Below are positions 50,901 through 63,481 of a DNA stretch of 64,000 bases, piece after piece (positions within the stretch are counted from its first letter, which is position 1; every line of letters starts with the position of its first letter). The position numbers were made by a program, and so were the translations under genes. Below the pieces are notes generated by a model, which ran no database searches, had not been told where the DNA came from, and saw only the letters and a list, made by a program, of their open reading frames with translations. Origin of the DNA: Bugula neritina (Eukaryota > Animalia > Bryozoa); NCBI GenBank assembly GCA_964035545.1, contig OZ037773.1:10569751-10633750 (forward strand), written 5' to 3'.

Positions 50901-53900
50901 TGTAGAGTGTACGTGTAGAGTGTACGTGTAGAGTGTACGTGTAGAGTGTATGTATAGAGTGTACGTGTAGAGAGTATATGTGTAGAAGAGGTACGTGCAG
51001 TAATAAAGATATTATAAACCACATAGCCTACAAGGATTTCGAGGAAAAGAAACCATATGCTTTCTGAAGTCTTGACTTCAAAGTTTATCAATTTCAAACA
51101 CACCAGGCCTAGCGGCAGCTTGCTAGGCAGCGACTACCTGACGAGTCACAGTTACTGACTGAAGCTACTGACAGCCCCCTTGGTGAGTCATATACTAATC
51201 ACATGTTTACTGTGCCACCAGGGGGCAGGATGTGCAGTGCAACAGTCAAGCTACTGGAAACTAAACAAAACCGGCAGCTCTGGAGGAATTAGTTAGTATA
51301 CAGAGGAGTACCTCAAAGTATGTTACTATATATTATATTATATCTCACCAAACCACTCCACAATATATATTCTAAAGATACTCTATGATTCCTCTACAAG
51401 TTTCAGTAGAATTATGTAACTACTACAGACTCAGTACAGAGTGATGCCTTCCTTCTCAATGCTGCCACAGCGTAGCTGTTGAATAAGCACAGCTGAACAG
51501 CATAATGTAAATATGTAGATGTCAAAGGTCACAGCAAACATTCCGTCTAACTGACACTGTATATCCCCAAACATAGACATTTATATTGCATAAGTGCGGA
51601 CAGCCTATTGTATAAGTATGACTTAATGCACAGAAATGAATTAAGAAGATGTGTGTGTGTTAAAACTCTACCAAGAGTATTTGAATAACTTGGTTGCAGT
51701 TAAACTCAACATTGTTACTAGAGGAGAGTGCGAGCACATAGTGCAGGTGTTACAATAATTTACTCCACAGAAAACATCTACCAGCCAGCTCTCTCCACAG
51801 TAATGTGTTTATAAAAATACTATTATTCTTAGATATGTTGGAGTGACCTTTGTACTCCTGACTGATGAACCTAACTTCTAACTACACCACTAGAGCTCTA
51901 GTTAAGGGGTCTAGCTCCACCACTAGAGCTCCTCTAGTTAGGGGTCTAGCTCCACCACTAGAGCTCTAGTTAAAGGGTCTAGCTCCACCACTAGAGCTCT
52001 AGTTAAGGGGTCTAGCTCCACCACTAGACCTCTAGTTAAGGGGTCTAGCTCCACCACTAGGGCTCTAGTTAAGGGGTCTAGCTCCACCACTAGGGCTCTA
52101 GTTAAGGGGTTTGGCTCCACCACTAGAGCTCTAGTTAGAGGGGTCAGTATATACAAGTTGACTGACTAGCAAAAAAGTCACTTTAAACCGTCTCCCATTG
52201 GACAGGCAACTCCACAAATATCATAATTGTGGTTTAGTGTAGTCCAGAGTTGTCCTCTCTCTCTGACATGCAGCATTTGTAGCAGCAGTTTATTCCAGGG
52301 GAGTTTAGCCTATCAGCCTAAGGAGGAAATTTATTGACAGGTCCTTTGACCCTTCGACTCTCTAGCTTGGAGTATTCTATGTTGGCAAGTTTGAATAAGG
52401 AGTGAGTACAGAGTAAGTACAGAGTGAGTACAGAGTGAGTATATAGTAAGTACAGAGTAAGTATATAGTAAGTGCAGAGCATGCAGTTAAACTACACAAT
52501 ATGTAAATAGTAACACATCTTCTACTAGTGTTACCTTCCATTGCTACGAATTGATCAGCTTGTAGTGAAGGTGTAACTCTAGCAGCTCCATATGTTTGTG
52601 TCTGTACAGAGTTCAGTGTGGGGCTAGTTATGAACGCTCCATTATCTACACCGTCATTGAACTGTGGTATAGCTGGTTCCTCAGATTGAGAAGTTGGAGT
52701 TGTGTGATCTATAAGAAAGGTGAATCTGGTGACAAACTAATAGCTGAATTAAAGAAACTACATGTATGCAATAAAAATAATATATGCAAATCCCAAATTA
52801 TTTTTTCTAGTTCAATTTTAAAGCCATAACAACCCACAATGAAGCGATGACATCATAAAGTGATGACATCATATAGTGATGACATCATACACCTACCTGA
52901 AGTCACAGAGGATGGATGTCCCAAATTGACTATCGCTGACCACTTTTGAGCTGATGATTTCCTATCTGCTTCCTTGGTGTTCAGAAAAGCAGCAGTTGAT
53001 TTTGATGATGCTGCCGTCTTTTGCTGCTTCTTAGGACTGAGTGAAAGTGCCTCTAGACTTATAGGCAACTTCTTGGAGCGCCAGGAAACGCTGGAACAAC
53101 ATCTGTGTGGTGGTTGTTAGTAGTACAGTACTGTGACATGTCTGTGTGGTGGTTGTTAGTAGTACAGTACTATGACATGTGTGTGTGGTGGTTGTTAGTA
53201 GTACAGTACTATGACATGTCTGTGTGGTGGTTGTTAGTAGTACAGTACTATGACATGTCTGTGTGGTGGTTGTTAGTAGTACAGTACTATGACATGTCTG
53301 TGTGGTGGTTGTTAGTAGTACAGTACTATGACATGTCTGTGTGGTGGTTGTTAGTAGTACAGTACTATGACATGTCTGTGTGGTGGTTGTTAGTAGTACA
53401 GTACTATGACATGTCTGTGTGGTGGTTGTTAGTAGTACAGTACTATGACATGTCTGTGTGGTGGTTGTTAGTAGTACAGTACTATGACATGTCTGTGTGG
53501 TGGTTGTTAGTAGTACAGTACTATGACATGTCTGTGTGGTGGTTGTTAGTAGTACAGTACTATGACATGTCTGTGTGGTGGTTGTTAGTAGTACAGTACT
53601 ATGACATGTCTGTGTGGTGGTTGTTAGTAGTACAGTACTATGACATGTCTGTGTGGTGGTTGTTAGTAGTACAGTACTATGACATGTCTGTGTGGTGGTT
53701 GTTAGTAGTACAGTACTATGACATGTCTGTGTGGTGGTTGTTAGTAGTACAGTACTATGACATGTCTGTGTGGTGGTTGTTAGTAGTACAGTACTATGAC
53801 ATGTCTGTGTGGTGGTTGTTAATAGTACAGTACTATGACATGTCTGTGTGGTGGTTGTTAGTAGTACAGTACTATGACATGTCTGTGTGGTGGTTGTTAG

Positions 53901-54456
53901 TAGTACAGTACTATGACATGTCTGTGTGGTGGTTGTTAGTAGTACAGTACTATGACATGTCTGTGTGGTGGTTGTTAGTAGTACAGTACTATGACATGTC
54001 TGTGTGGTGGTTGTTAATAGTACAGTACTATGACATGTCTGTGTGGTGGTTGTTAGTAGTACAGTACTATGACATGTCTGTGTGGTGGTTGTTAGTAGTA
54101 CAGTACTATGACAGACTTTAGCTATTGTACTGTTGAGCTAGTGCTATATGCAAGCTAGGGTTAGCATAACACTCACCACTACAATAGCTATCTATCTATA
54201 GCCACACTCTTAGAACAATACACTTGTCATCTGTCTTAAAAAATGTTGGATTTAAATTTATAAATTGCAGCACGAGGAGTTGCTTACCCAACAACTACTT
54301 TTTACCCGCCAATAAAAGCCACAGGTAAGTGGAACAGGAGACGTAATTATACCTGTGATCCCTAGACATTGTCTTTTCTCTCTCCTCATCTGCCTCCACT
54401 CCTTCCAACAGACTGTCTACTGACAGTAGAAGTGCGTATTGACCTTGTCTCTTCAT
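44994..54456 (-). CDS. MPP5: MAGUK p55-family PDZ-SH3-GuK scaffold, PALS1/MPP5/Stardust-like (divergent), ~870 aa
   Basis: Phase-consistent exons 54456-54353, 53090-52897, 52708-52535, 49898-49756, 49609-49256, 49054-48842, 48610-48520, 48398-48238, 47990-47859, 47722-47512, 47328-47164, 46960-46758, 45667-45554, 45344-44994. [30 protein letters not shown]; SH3 [33 protein letters not shown]; [17 protein letters not shown]; KPYVIFV; EPHWVP. The N-terminal exons are less certain. Confidence 0.85.
45693..46728. repeat. Intronic minisatellite, 24-bp unit with 360-bp higher-order period
   Basis: tgatactgtctactctacccatag variants; 45841-46125 is repeated at 46201-46485. Confidence 0.95.
50368..51000. 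repeat. 26-bp perfect minisatellite (50368-50647) and 13-bp gtagagtgtacgt array (50750-51000)
   Basis: Direct inspection. Confidence 0.9.
51887..52135. repeat. 33-bp minisatellite containing the 12-bp palindrome ctagagctctag
   Basis: ~7 copies. Confidence 0.9.
53102..54112. repeat. Intronic 39-bp near-perfect minisatellite
   Basis: tgacatgtctgtgtggtggttgttagtagtacagtacta x~26. Confidence 0.97.
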
Positions 54457-54479
54457 GCTCTCTTAACTACAGTACATTA

Positions 54480-54667
54480 GTGACACCATGTAACAGGTGT
54501 GCGACACCATGTAACATGCGTGTGACACCATGTAACAGGTGTGTGATATCATTTAACAGGTGTGTGACACCATGTAACAGGTGTGTGACACCATGTAACA
54601 TGCGGGTGACACCATGTAACAGGTGTGTGACACCATATAACAGGTGTGTGACACCATGTAACAGGTG
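54480..54667. repeat. 21-bp minisatellite tgtgacaccatgtaacaggtg
   Basis: ~9 copies. Confidence 0.9.
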
Positions 54668-56869
54668 TAACTTGTTGATGATCTCTAGACTACAGTACAT
54701 TAGTGACACTGTAGCAGGTGAAACTTGTACAATACGAATGTTAGATTACCCTGATTGAAATACTAATTTAAAGTAAACATATATACACATTTAAGCTAGG
54801 TCTATTCTCACCTATTCTCACCTATCTCTGCTTTGTTTGGAGTATCTTTACAATTTATAAAATAAAGCACATACATTCCCACACAACTGGAGTGGTAATC
54901 TATGCAGAACTGACTATTATTAACAAATAATAAATATGTGTGTTTTACTCACTGTTAATATCAAGTGCTCTATCCAATACCAATAGTAATGTTACTTAAT
55001 AATTCCCTAATGGTTGAAGCTAAAAGCCAGAGCAACAATAAACAACCAGCAATAGAAATATATAAAATAATAAGTCAGATGCTAGATGTTTCCTGTATTG
55101 ATCTGAGAGGCAGCGGCAGCAGTGTTTGCTAATCAATCTCTGAGAATATGAGGAGAGTGAAACAAGTGGCCACTTGAATATAATCCAGCATCATACAAAT
55201 ATTTATACCTGCCTTCCCTTCACCTACCACACACACATGTATATATATATGCATGTATCCCCCTTTTAGTACCACAGCTCTGTGTGCTATGGAGTATCAA
55301 GTCTCACCTAACCAGCTGTACTTAAACCTGTTACTCAAACTTAACAGTTAAACCTGATAATGTATAGCCATGCAGTAGAATGGACAGCCTAGAAAAGTTG
55401 GCAAGTAAAAACAGCATATAATTAGAAGTTGAAAATGTTGAATGCTTCTGTTTGCCACCCTTTAATTCATCACATCATGGCGTGAAAATCAGCTACACTC
55501 AACTTCCCCATCAGCTGGTAGCCACTGGGAGGAAAATGATGAACATGAATGTGATATACATTATAATGGCTTGGTTGTGTGATTTATGTTAGAGTTGCCC
55601 AGCCATGTATTATAAGAAAGATAACTCCAAGCAGTGCAGTACCATAAGCATGGAAGGATATCTCTAGAGTTGTCCTTTCATGGCTAGTGAGCGGGACATA
55701 ACACATCACAGACTATCTGCTAAGAGCTAATATCAATCTTTCACAACAGTAATGTCCCCAGTTTTGTTATATCCCACCCAGATGACAAAGTACAATGCTC
55801 AACGCACTAAAGAAGGAAGTAAATGAACTGGTAAACTATCACTACTTACACAAACTGGTCTCTCTGAGGTGAGAGTTTAAAGGAGCCAACATAAACTGTG
55901 AGAGAAAAGGGGACATAACTCTTTATCTTTCATTGAGGCACAGCCTGACTTGAATCAATAGCTCTATTTATAAAGCTAATTGCAAATTATAACCAAGTCA
56001 ACTAGAAATATGAATGGCAATATTTCTTGTTTGACAAGCTAAATGAGGGGTACAGGTTGCCGTAGTAACACTTCCTATTTCACATGCTGTATAGTGAAGA
56101 TGAGTATATTGTAAAGAGACTTCCCCAGGAAGGTTAGGGAGACTGCTACACACCCTAGCAGTGGTTAGAGTTAATTACTTAGTAATACCAGCAGGCCGTA
56201 GCTTGAGCTAACAAGTCCATAGAATAGACATTGGCAAACCACAAACTGAATAATTCTAATTTATTGATGAAATCCGTGGAAAACTAATTAAGCAACTAAA
56301 ATTGAAAAGATGAGCTGCATCTCTATTCAGCTAATCAGAATGAACCATACAAAATAAAAAGCCAATGATAAATAGTCATACAAAAGAATAGCCAATCAAA
56401 TTGCAGAGCATCTCTAGTGAATACATACTGAATAATGATTAGAGTTTACACTATACACAGAGAGGTGCAGCTACAATGTCACCCCTATACATCTACAAGC
56501 CATAACAATACTTCATACAGACAATAATGTAGTATAATATAAGATATATATAACTCTCACAAAAATATAATGTATATATATACTATAATAGGCCACATGT
56601 CATATACTATGTCATATATATATACTCTCTCATATACAGCGAGTCAGTGAGTGCCAGAGGAGGGGGCCTTGGAGCGCGTCCCATCTTTGTGTCTCGCATA
56701 GGATTCTGGGTAAGATGCACAAAGTTGTTAATGAAGAAGATATTGAAGCAGAGTTTGCATTGAAAGAAGGGAAACAAATAGAGTCTCTGCCTGCCATTAC
56801 CAAGTAGCCATTACCAAGTAACACGGAGGCAGTCTGTGGCACACACACAGCCAGCCTATCATACGCAGT

Positions 56870-57128
56870 CTATATTTTCTGGAGTTTAGCCCCGACTACC
56901 ACCGGGTTGTTCTTCCTGATGAGGTCCTCTCCTTCCTTCTTGTAGTCGAACTGGCACTCGTGTTTGTCGGAGTATCGGTGAACGCTGCAGTAGAGTCCAC
57001 CACATCGGCACTCGAACCCTGCAACATAATACCATACCATAGCAGCTGTTGTGTGTGTGTGTGTGTGTGTGTGAGTGTGTGTGTGTGTGAGTGTGTGTGT
57101 ATGTGTGTGAGTGTATGTATGTGCGAGT

Positions 57129-57168
<40 letters not shown>

Positions 57169-58370
57169 TACAAAGAAAGAGTGGTATATACTATATAGTA
57201 GGGAAGTAAAGAGAGAGAGAAAGAGAGAGGGGGGGTACCTGTTAGCCCGACTTTCTTCTTACAGGTACCACAGCGGTTACGTTTTTTAGTCTTAGTCTCA
57301 GAGGAGGGGGTGGCGGGTCTCTCAGGGTCAGACTTGTCGGCCGGATGCTCAGGTTTAGAGGAAGCTGCTGCTGCTGCCGAGGGTGAAGGGACGTCTGCAC
57401 TGTCGGTAGAGGGAGCTGCCGGCTGTGACGCAGTAGTGGAGCTCTGTTCTAGCGTGGGAGACTTAGCGAGTGTAGTTACTGTGGGCACTGCTGTCTCTAC
57501 AACACCAGATACCTATAGAGCTGAGATATGACACTCTTACCTATAGAGCTGAGATATGACACTAAACTCTTACCTATAGAGCTGAGATATGACACTCTTA
57601 CCTATAGAGCTGAGATATGACACTACACTCTTACCTATAGAGCTGAGATATGACACTAAACTCTTACCTATAGAGCTGAGATATGACACTCTTACCTATA
57701 GAGCTGAGATATAACACTAAACTCTTACCTATAGAGCTGAGATATGATGCTGCCGCTGAGAGTGCTGCCGCTGACCTGGGACTGGCTCTACCCGCTGTCG
57801 ACTCACTGCCAGTGTTAGTGGATTGTTTCCTTTTGAGAGCATCTTTATAGCACTTGGAGCACATGCCTGAGAACTGGGGGTTGCCTGGCATATGGAATAT
57901 CGTATTATAGTATATATTCACTAGTGTATATATAGAATATTGTAGTATATATTCACTAGTATATATATAGAATATCGTATAGTATATATTTACTAGTACA
58001 CAACTGTCAGTGTGAATGAGAAATCACCACTTTGGTTGAGAACAAAGAAAGGATATCATATTTTACTGGTTGACATTTTAAGTATGATTAGGAGGTTTGG
58101 GTTATTCATTATAATACAACAGCACCATGACAACTACTATAACTACTAGCTGACTAGTAACTGACTACTAACTGACTGGTAACTGACTACTATAACTACT
58201 AGCTGACTGGTAACTGACTACTATAACTACTAGCTGACTGGTAACTGACTACTATAACTACTAGCTGACTGGTAACTGACTCCTGGGTACTCACCAAAAA
58301 AGCCACACCCTCCACTGCATAACGTCACGGCTGAACAGCCCTGCTCTGTGTTTTTATCATTTTGAGCCAT
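56870..58370 (-). CDS. ZFAND5: A20/AN1 zinc-finger protein, ZFAND5/6 family, ~212 aa, 4 coding exons
   Basis: Exons 58370-58295, 57884-57729, 57496-57239, 57018-56870. A20 finger [23 protein letters not shown]; AN1 finger [56 protein letters not shown]. Confidence 0.95.
57049..57166. repeat. (TG)n microsatellite in ZFAND intron 3
   Basis: Direct inspection. Confidence 0.95.
57510..57747 (-). repeat. 28/33-bp tandem copies of the ZFAND exon-2 end plus donor
   Basis: tatctcagctctatag|gtaagagt.. x8. Confidence 0.95.
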
Positions 58371-59937
58371 AATTCAGATATTGTGATAATGTGATATGTA
58401 GTCAGGAGATGGGAGTTATATTCCCGTCCCTTGTCGTGTGGGTGCCCGGAGTATGTGGTGATATATGATGTATATGTCGGAGGTTGGTGTTCGCTGTAAC
58501 CTGCAGCAGTGAAAGATAATGTTCAGAGGACTGTATCAACTAGTCACAGTGTCAACACGTGATGAACTAGTCACAGTGTCAACACGTGTTTATCTGCTCA
58601 CTACTAAACAGATGATCATTACATAGCAGAGTAGTGAGTGAGTGAGTGGGTTAGTAAGTGAGTGAGTGAGTGGGTTAGTAAGTAAGTGAGTGAGTGGTAG
58701 TGAGTGAGTGAGTGGTAGTGAGTGAGTGAGTGAGTGAGTGAGTGGTAGTGAGTGAGTGAGTGGTATGATGTACTAGCACCTAGTATGACTACAGTAACTG
58801 AGAGAGTGTATAACAGCTAGAGTAGGCAGTTAGTAACTAGTAACTAGTAACTAACAAACCATTACGGCATAGATGCCAATTACTGTTAGCACAATAACAA
58901 TAAGCTTGTGATCCAATCATTCAATAGTAGAGTATTATATTGATTAGCTTCATACACCAGCTTGACAACGCTTGTGCTGGGGTAACGAATACTCAACACA
59001 TTACATATTATACACTATCAACATATTACATAGCATACACTATCAACATATTATACACTATCAACATATTACATATCATACACCATCAACATATTACATA
59101 TCATACACTATCAACATATTACATATTATACACTATCAACATATTACATAGCATACACTCTCAATATATTACATATCATACACTATCAACACATTACATA
59201 GCATACACTCTCAACACATAACATAGCATACACTATCAACATATTACATATCATACACTCTCAACAGTTAGTTTCACATGAGATCGGTAGTATACTCTCA
59301 GTTACTAGTCGTTACCAGTTGCTATTCGGCTGCACGAGTTGCTACGTCACGCGTCTACGTGTGCGCAGGGTGAATCACTGGACGATGACTGGCGAATTAC
59401 AATAGAAGTTGCCAGCAAAGGTCACCTCAAGTTCACCACGATCAGCTGATGTAATTACTTTAGAATAAACAAAGAGCTGGTAAACACTTAGCAATGTCCG
59501 CGGATCTAGGGGCATATGTTTTAGTTATGTATGCACCAACTCGAGGGCAATAGTGTTTACTGGGAACTCAAGTGTGGCCCATTGTACTGTAGCGCATTTC
59601 AGCCATCTTGGAGACATCTTGGAGACGTATTACCAGCTCTAACCACTGACTACTAGTACCAGCACGTAAGGGCTGTTTGGCAGATAATAGACGTGATAAG
59701 CACACGATACGATTAACATTAGCCAGCTTGTACAACACAGTTGTTGACCAACGCCATCCCTCTATTATAACTATTCAACATGGCCGCGCAGTAACCACCA
59801 TACGAGTTGCTGCATATTGTACTATATACTGTCAGTACTGAGAGTAGAGTAGAGAGAGTGTAGAGTAGTACACTATACGTTAGTTGTATAATAAGTGAAT
59901 CACTTTGCCGTGTAAAGTGTATGTCCAGTGTACTAAG

Positions 59938-60185
59938 AAGTTAGAGTTACTAAGGAGTTAGAGTTACTAGGGAGTTAGAGTTACTAAGGAGTTAGAGTTA
60001 CTAAGGAGTTAGAGTTACTAGGGAGTTAGAGTTACTAAGGAGTTAGAGTTACTAAAGAGTATGAGTTACTAAGGAGTTAGAGTTACTAGGGAGTTAGAGT
60101 TACTAAGGAGTTAGAGTTACTAAGGAGTTAGAGTTACTAGGGAGTTAGAGTTACTAAGGAGTTAGAGTTACTAAAGAGTATGAGT
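59938..60185. repeat. 17-bp minisatellite ttagagttactaaggag with 119-bp higher-order duplication
   Basis: A 7-unit variant pattern is repeated twice. Confidence 0.9.
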
Positions 60186-61069
60186 AGGGCCATCATGCAA
60201 ACCAAGATTGTTTAAAAATTCTAATCATAAATAATAAATATTATAGTTATGAATAGCAGCTAGAAATAAAATTCATGCTAACTCCAAGACTTTGCATGTT
60301 GGGTACATTTACAGTTCAAGTAATAGCTACTAATGACTGAGATTAGCTACTAGTGACTAGTATTAGCTACTAGTGACTAGTAATAGCTACTAGTGACGAG
60401 TAATAGCTACTAGTGACTAGTAATAGCTACTATTGACTGAGATTAGCTACTAGTGACAGAGATTAGAGATGAGTCATTATTAGTATCAAATTCAAAATCA
60501 GATTCAAATCAGTAGGAGTACAAAGTATTCATATAAAATAAAATAACCACACAATCAGAATGTATCGTCAGTACTAAAGAGAGTAATATTCACAGTGTCA
60601 GGGTGCTCCTACCTATAGCATAGTGACCCTCTTCCACTCATACTAGATAAGTGAGACTAAGCGAAAAGACTAACAGTAAAAATTAGTACAGCTTAAAAAA
60701 TAAGTAGCTGCCTAAATAACTATAACCAAAGAGCTTAAGTTGAGGCTACAATAAGCAAAAACTATTACTATTCGAATGTTTTAATTTTAGGGTTGTACTA
60801 ATAATAAAACTAATAATTATAAGCATTTTTTTTATTAAAATCAATTTAAACTAAAGGAGACCTTACAAGTCATTAGGCAACTTGAAATTGCAGACACTAG
60901 ACTGTTCAACTAAATTTTCAAGTTTAGCATAAGCCCTAAGGGCTAAACTTAAGACCTATGAAGCAACTTTAGTAATAGTCATGTGCTCATAGTGATAATG
61001 CTGGTGTAGCACTTGAATTAAGGCTTACTATCAATCTTATTTACTGTTGACATTACTTCTAGTCTCTAG

Positions 61070-61440
61070 CATCTAGGGCCTGATACTGGCATGGGTATTT
61101 CTTGGAGGGACAAAATTACTAACCAAGAAGTACTACACAGAGCTAGTTTACCATCTTTAAAATGTATCCTGATTCAGAAGAACATGGGATGGCTAGGACG
61201 TATGGAGAGGATGGATCATAGCCGTTTACCTAAACAACTCCTTTATTCGCAGCTGAACCAAGGAAGGTCAACGGAACCAAGGAAGGTCCAAGCTGAGATT
61301 TAGAGTGACAAATGACAAAGATAGATATGAATAGATGGCTGGCAAATAAAGGTTAAATGCAGAAATGGATGGGGATGTCTGAATAAACCAAATTGAAAAT
61401 AGTCATTGTTGCACAGACTGCTATGATGATGATGGTAATA
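61070..61440 (+). mobile_element. 5'-truncated, decayed RTE-clade LINE fragment
   Basis: ORF GISWRDKITNQEVLHRASLPS..WLGRMERMDHSRLPKQLLYSQL matches the post-RT C-terminus of RTE elements. Followed by a (TGA)n tail-like run at ~61423-61434. Confidence 0.75.
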
Positions 61441-62459
61441 GTCATAATCAAGGTGAGAAAAGCAAAATCTAGACATAACTTTAATCACTAATAGTTATAG
61501 TTATAGTAATACTAATAGTTATACTAACACTAAGTCTAATACTTAAAGTTAAGTTATAACTTATGTTATGAATAATAGATTTAAGTTATAGTTATACTTA
61601 TCACCTACACGTACTCTTAGTAAGACTGTGACTTGCAGTTATTAGTATATTACTATTACTTATTAGTATTAGTAATATAAGTTAACTATAAGTTATGAGT
61701 ATAAGTATAAGTATTGCTTACACTTATTTACTTGTAAGTATTACTAATTTAAATTTCTAGTAGTTATACTTATACTTAATATTGTAGTTATATTCAACTA
61801 AGACTATAACTATAAGTATAACTACAACTTAAACCATACTGATACTACTAATTAATGATAATCAATATCATAATGATAATCTTTAACCAAAAGTATAAGT
61901 ATTAGTATAACATTAACTATAAATAATAAGATTAAGACTATTAGTATTAGATTTAATGTACTACTATTACTATTACTTATTAGTATTACTATTACTATAA
62001 CTATAACTATAAGTATTAGTTACCGTTAGTGTTACTCTAAGTCTAAGTAATAACTTGATATTAAATTAAAATTACAATCATAACACAATAACAAAGTGAA
62101 AGTGGCAATCCCTCAATGTCAAGCTTACTCAAACTCAACTTAAAACTAAAAGTAAAAGTAGAACTAAATTAAAATGTGAAACTGAATGTGAATCTGAAAC
62201 TAAAAGTAAAAGTAAAAGTTAAAGTTAAAGTTAAAGTACCTTTGAGTTTGATTATACTATAATCATTATGAACAATATTATCTTAGTTTTAAAGTCCGAG
62301 TTAAAGCAATAGTTAGAAACAAAAACCCTTACCATGTAATATGTCCAAAATGATTTCACAACCTTGTAGAATGTTCTTAGAGGAAACAAAGCACACCAAC
62401 CCCAACACAGCTGTTTTAATTTATTCGAGTGATTCAGCTGAGTTGAGTCTTTTCCGTAT

Positions 62460-62483
62460 GTCACGTGACCACCAGCTGATTGG
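62460..62483. promoter_or_regulatory. CLEAR/E-box GTCACGTGAC plus CCAAT box; candidate ZFAND5/6 promoter
   Basis: Perfect 10-bp palindrome at 62460-62469 and ATTGG at ~62479-62483, upstream of the ZFAND gene on the minus strand. Confidence 0.35.
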
Positions 62484-63296
62484 CCCTTGCAACCGCAACA
62501 CTAATTACAGAGATTACTCATATACTGAAGACGAAAAGTTAGAGTTATCTTCTCTAGCTTATCTACACTTTGATCGGGGAGGTAACTCTATGCTATCAAC
62601 CTTTCACCCTAGTAAATTACTACTATGCAGAATATTTAATTATGATCCTAACATAGATAAATGGTGCATGTTATGTAATAAGTGGTAGTTGTAAAAGTCT
62701 CAAACAGGTTATGGAGGGAGGGGTGCTTTCAACCCAGCCATAGCTGCTGGCAAGAGTGCATGTAACATTTACAAAGCTACTTTTAGCAAGACATACATGT
62801 TATCTACATTAAACCTATCAAATTTAGTATTGGATTCAACTGTGAACAGAATTCAGAAACCATACTCAGAACATCTTTGTACTATTAATATGGAACTGGG
62901 GCTAAATATTTCATAAGCATTTTCACCAAATTTCATCATCACAGCAGAGGCTATTGACGTACATTATTCAGAAAACCACAACACTATCGGAGTTGTGTTC
63001 ACGTAGGCAGAATATGTATTTAATTTGTGAATAGAAATGTATTACATAAAAAAGTTGAATTAACAAATTCTGAATATGCTGGTGACAACAGAACAGAGTG
63101 TTATAATTATATAGTATTACTATTACTATTACTACTTAAACTAAGGCAGCAAATCTTGATATACAATAATTATAATATACATCTTAGTAACAATATTGGC
63201 ATTGGTTAGTTATCATCTCGTGATGATAATATGTGCACACAACAGCTGGTAAAGTGGATGATAGGCAAGGCAGCGTCAGACGAGGTGTATCTGTGC

Positions 63297-63481
63297 AGCC
63301 AGTTGATGTGAACACAGAGCAAGTGGTGGAGATACCAGTTGATGTGAACACAGAGCAAGCGGTGGAGATACCAGTTGATGTGAACACAGAGCAAGTGGTG
63401 GAGATACCAGTTGATGTGAACACAGAGCAAGTGGTGGAGATACCAGTTGATGTGAACACAGAGCAAGTGGTGAAGATACCA
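63297..63481. repeat. 39-bp minisatellite
   Basis: ccagttgatgtgaacacagagcaagtggtggagata-type unit, ~5 copies. Confidence 0.85.

Noticed and set aside
53105-54121. 338-aa ORF, or a CRISPR-like regular array
   Set aside because: It is a head-to-tail 39-bp repeat with no unique spacers, lies in a eukaryotic intron, and there are no cas genes.
59938-60185. Interstitial telomeric repeat
   Set aside because: The unit is 17 bp with TTAGAG/TAGGG fragments, not (TTAGGG)n.
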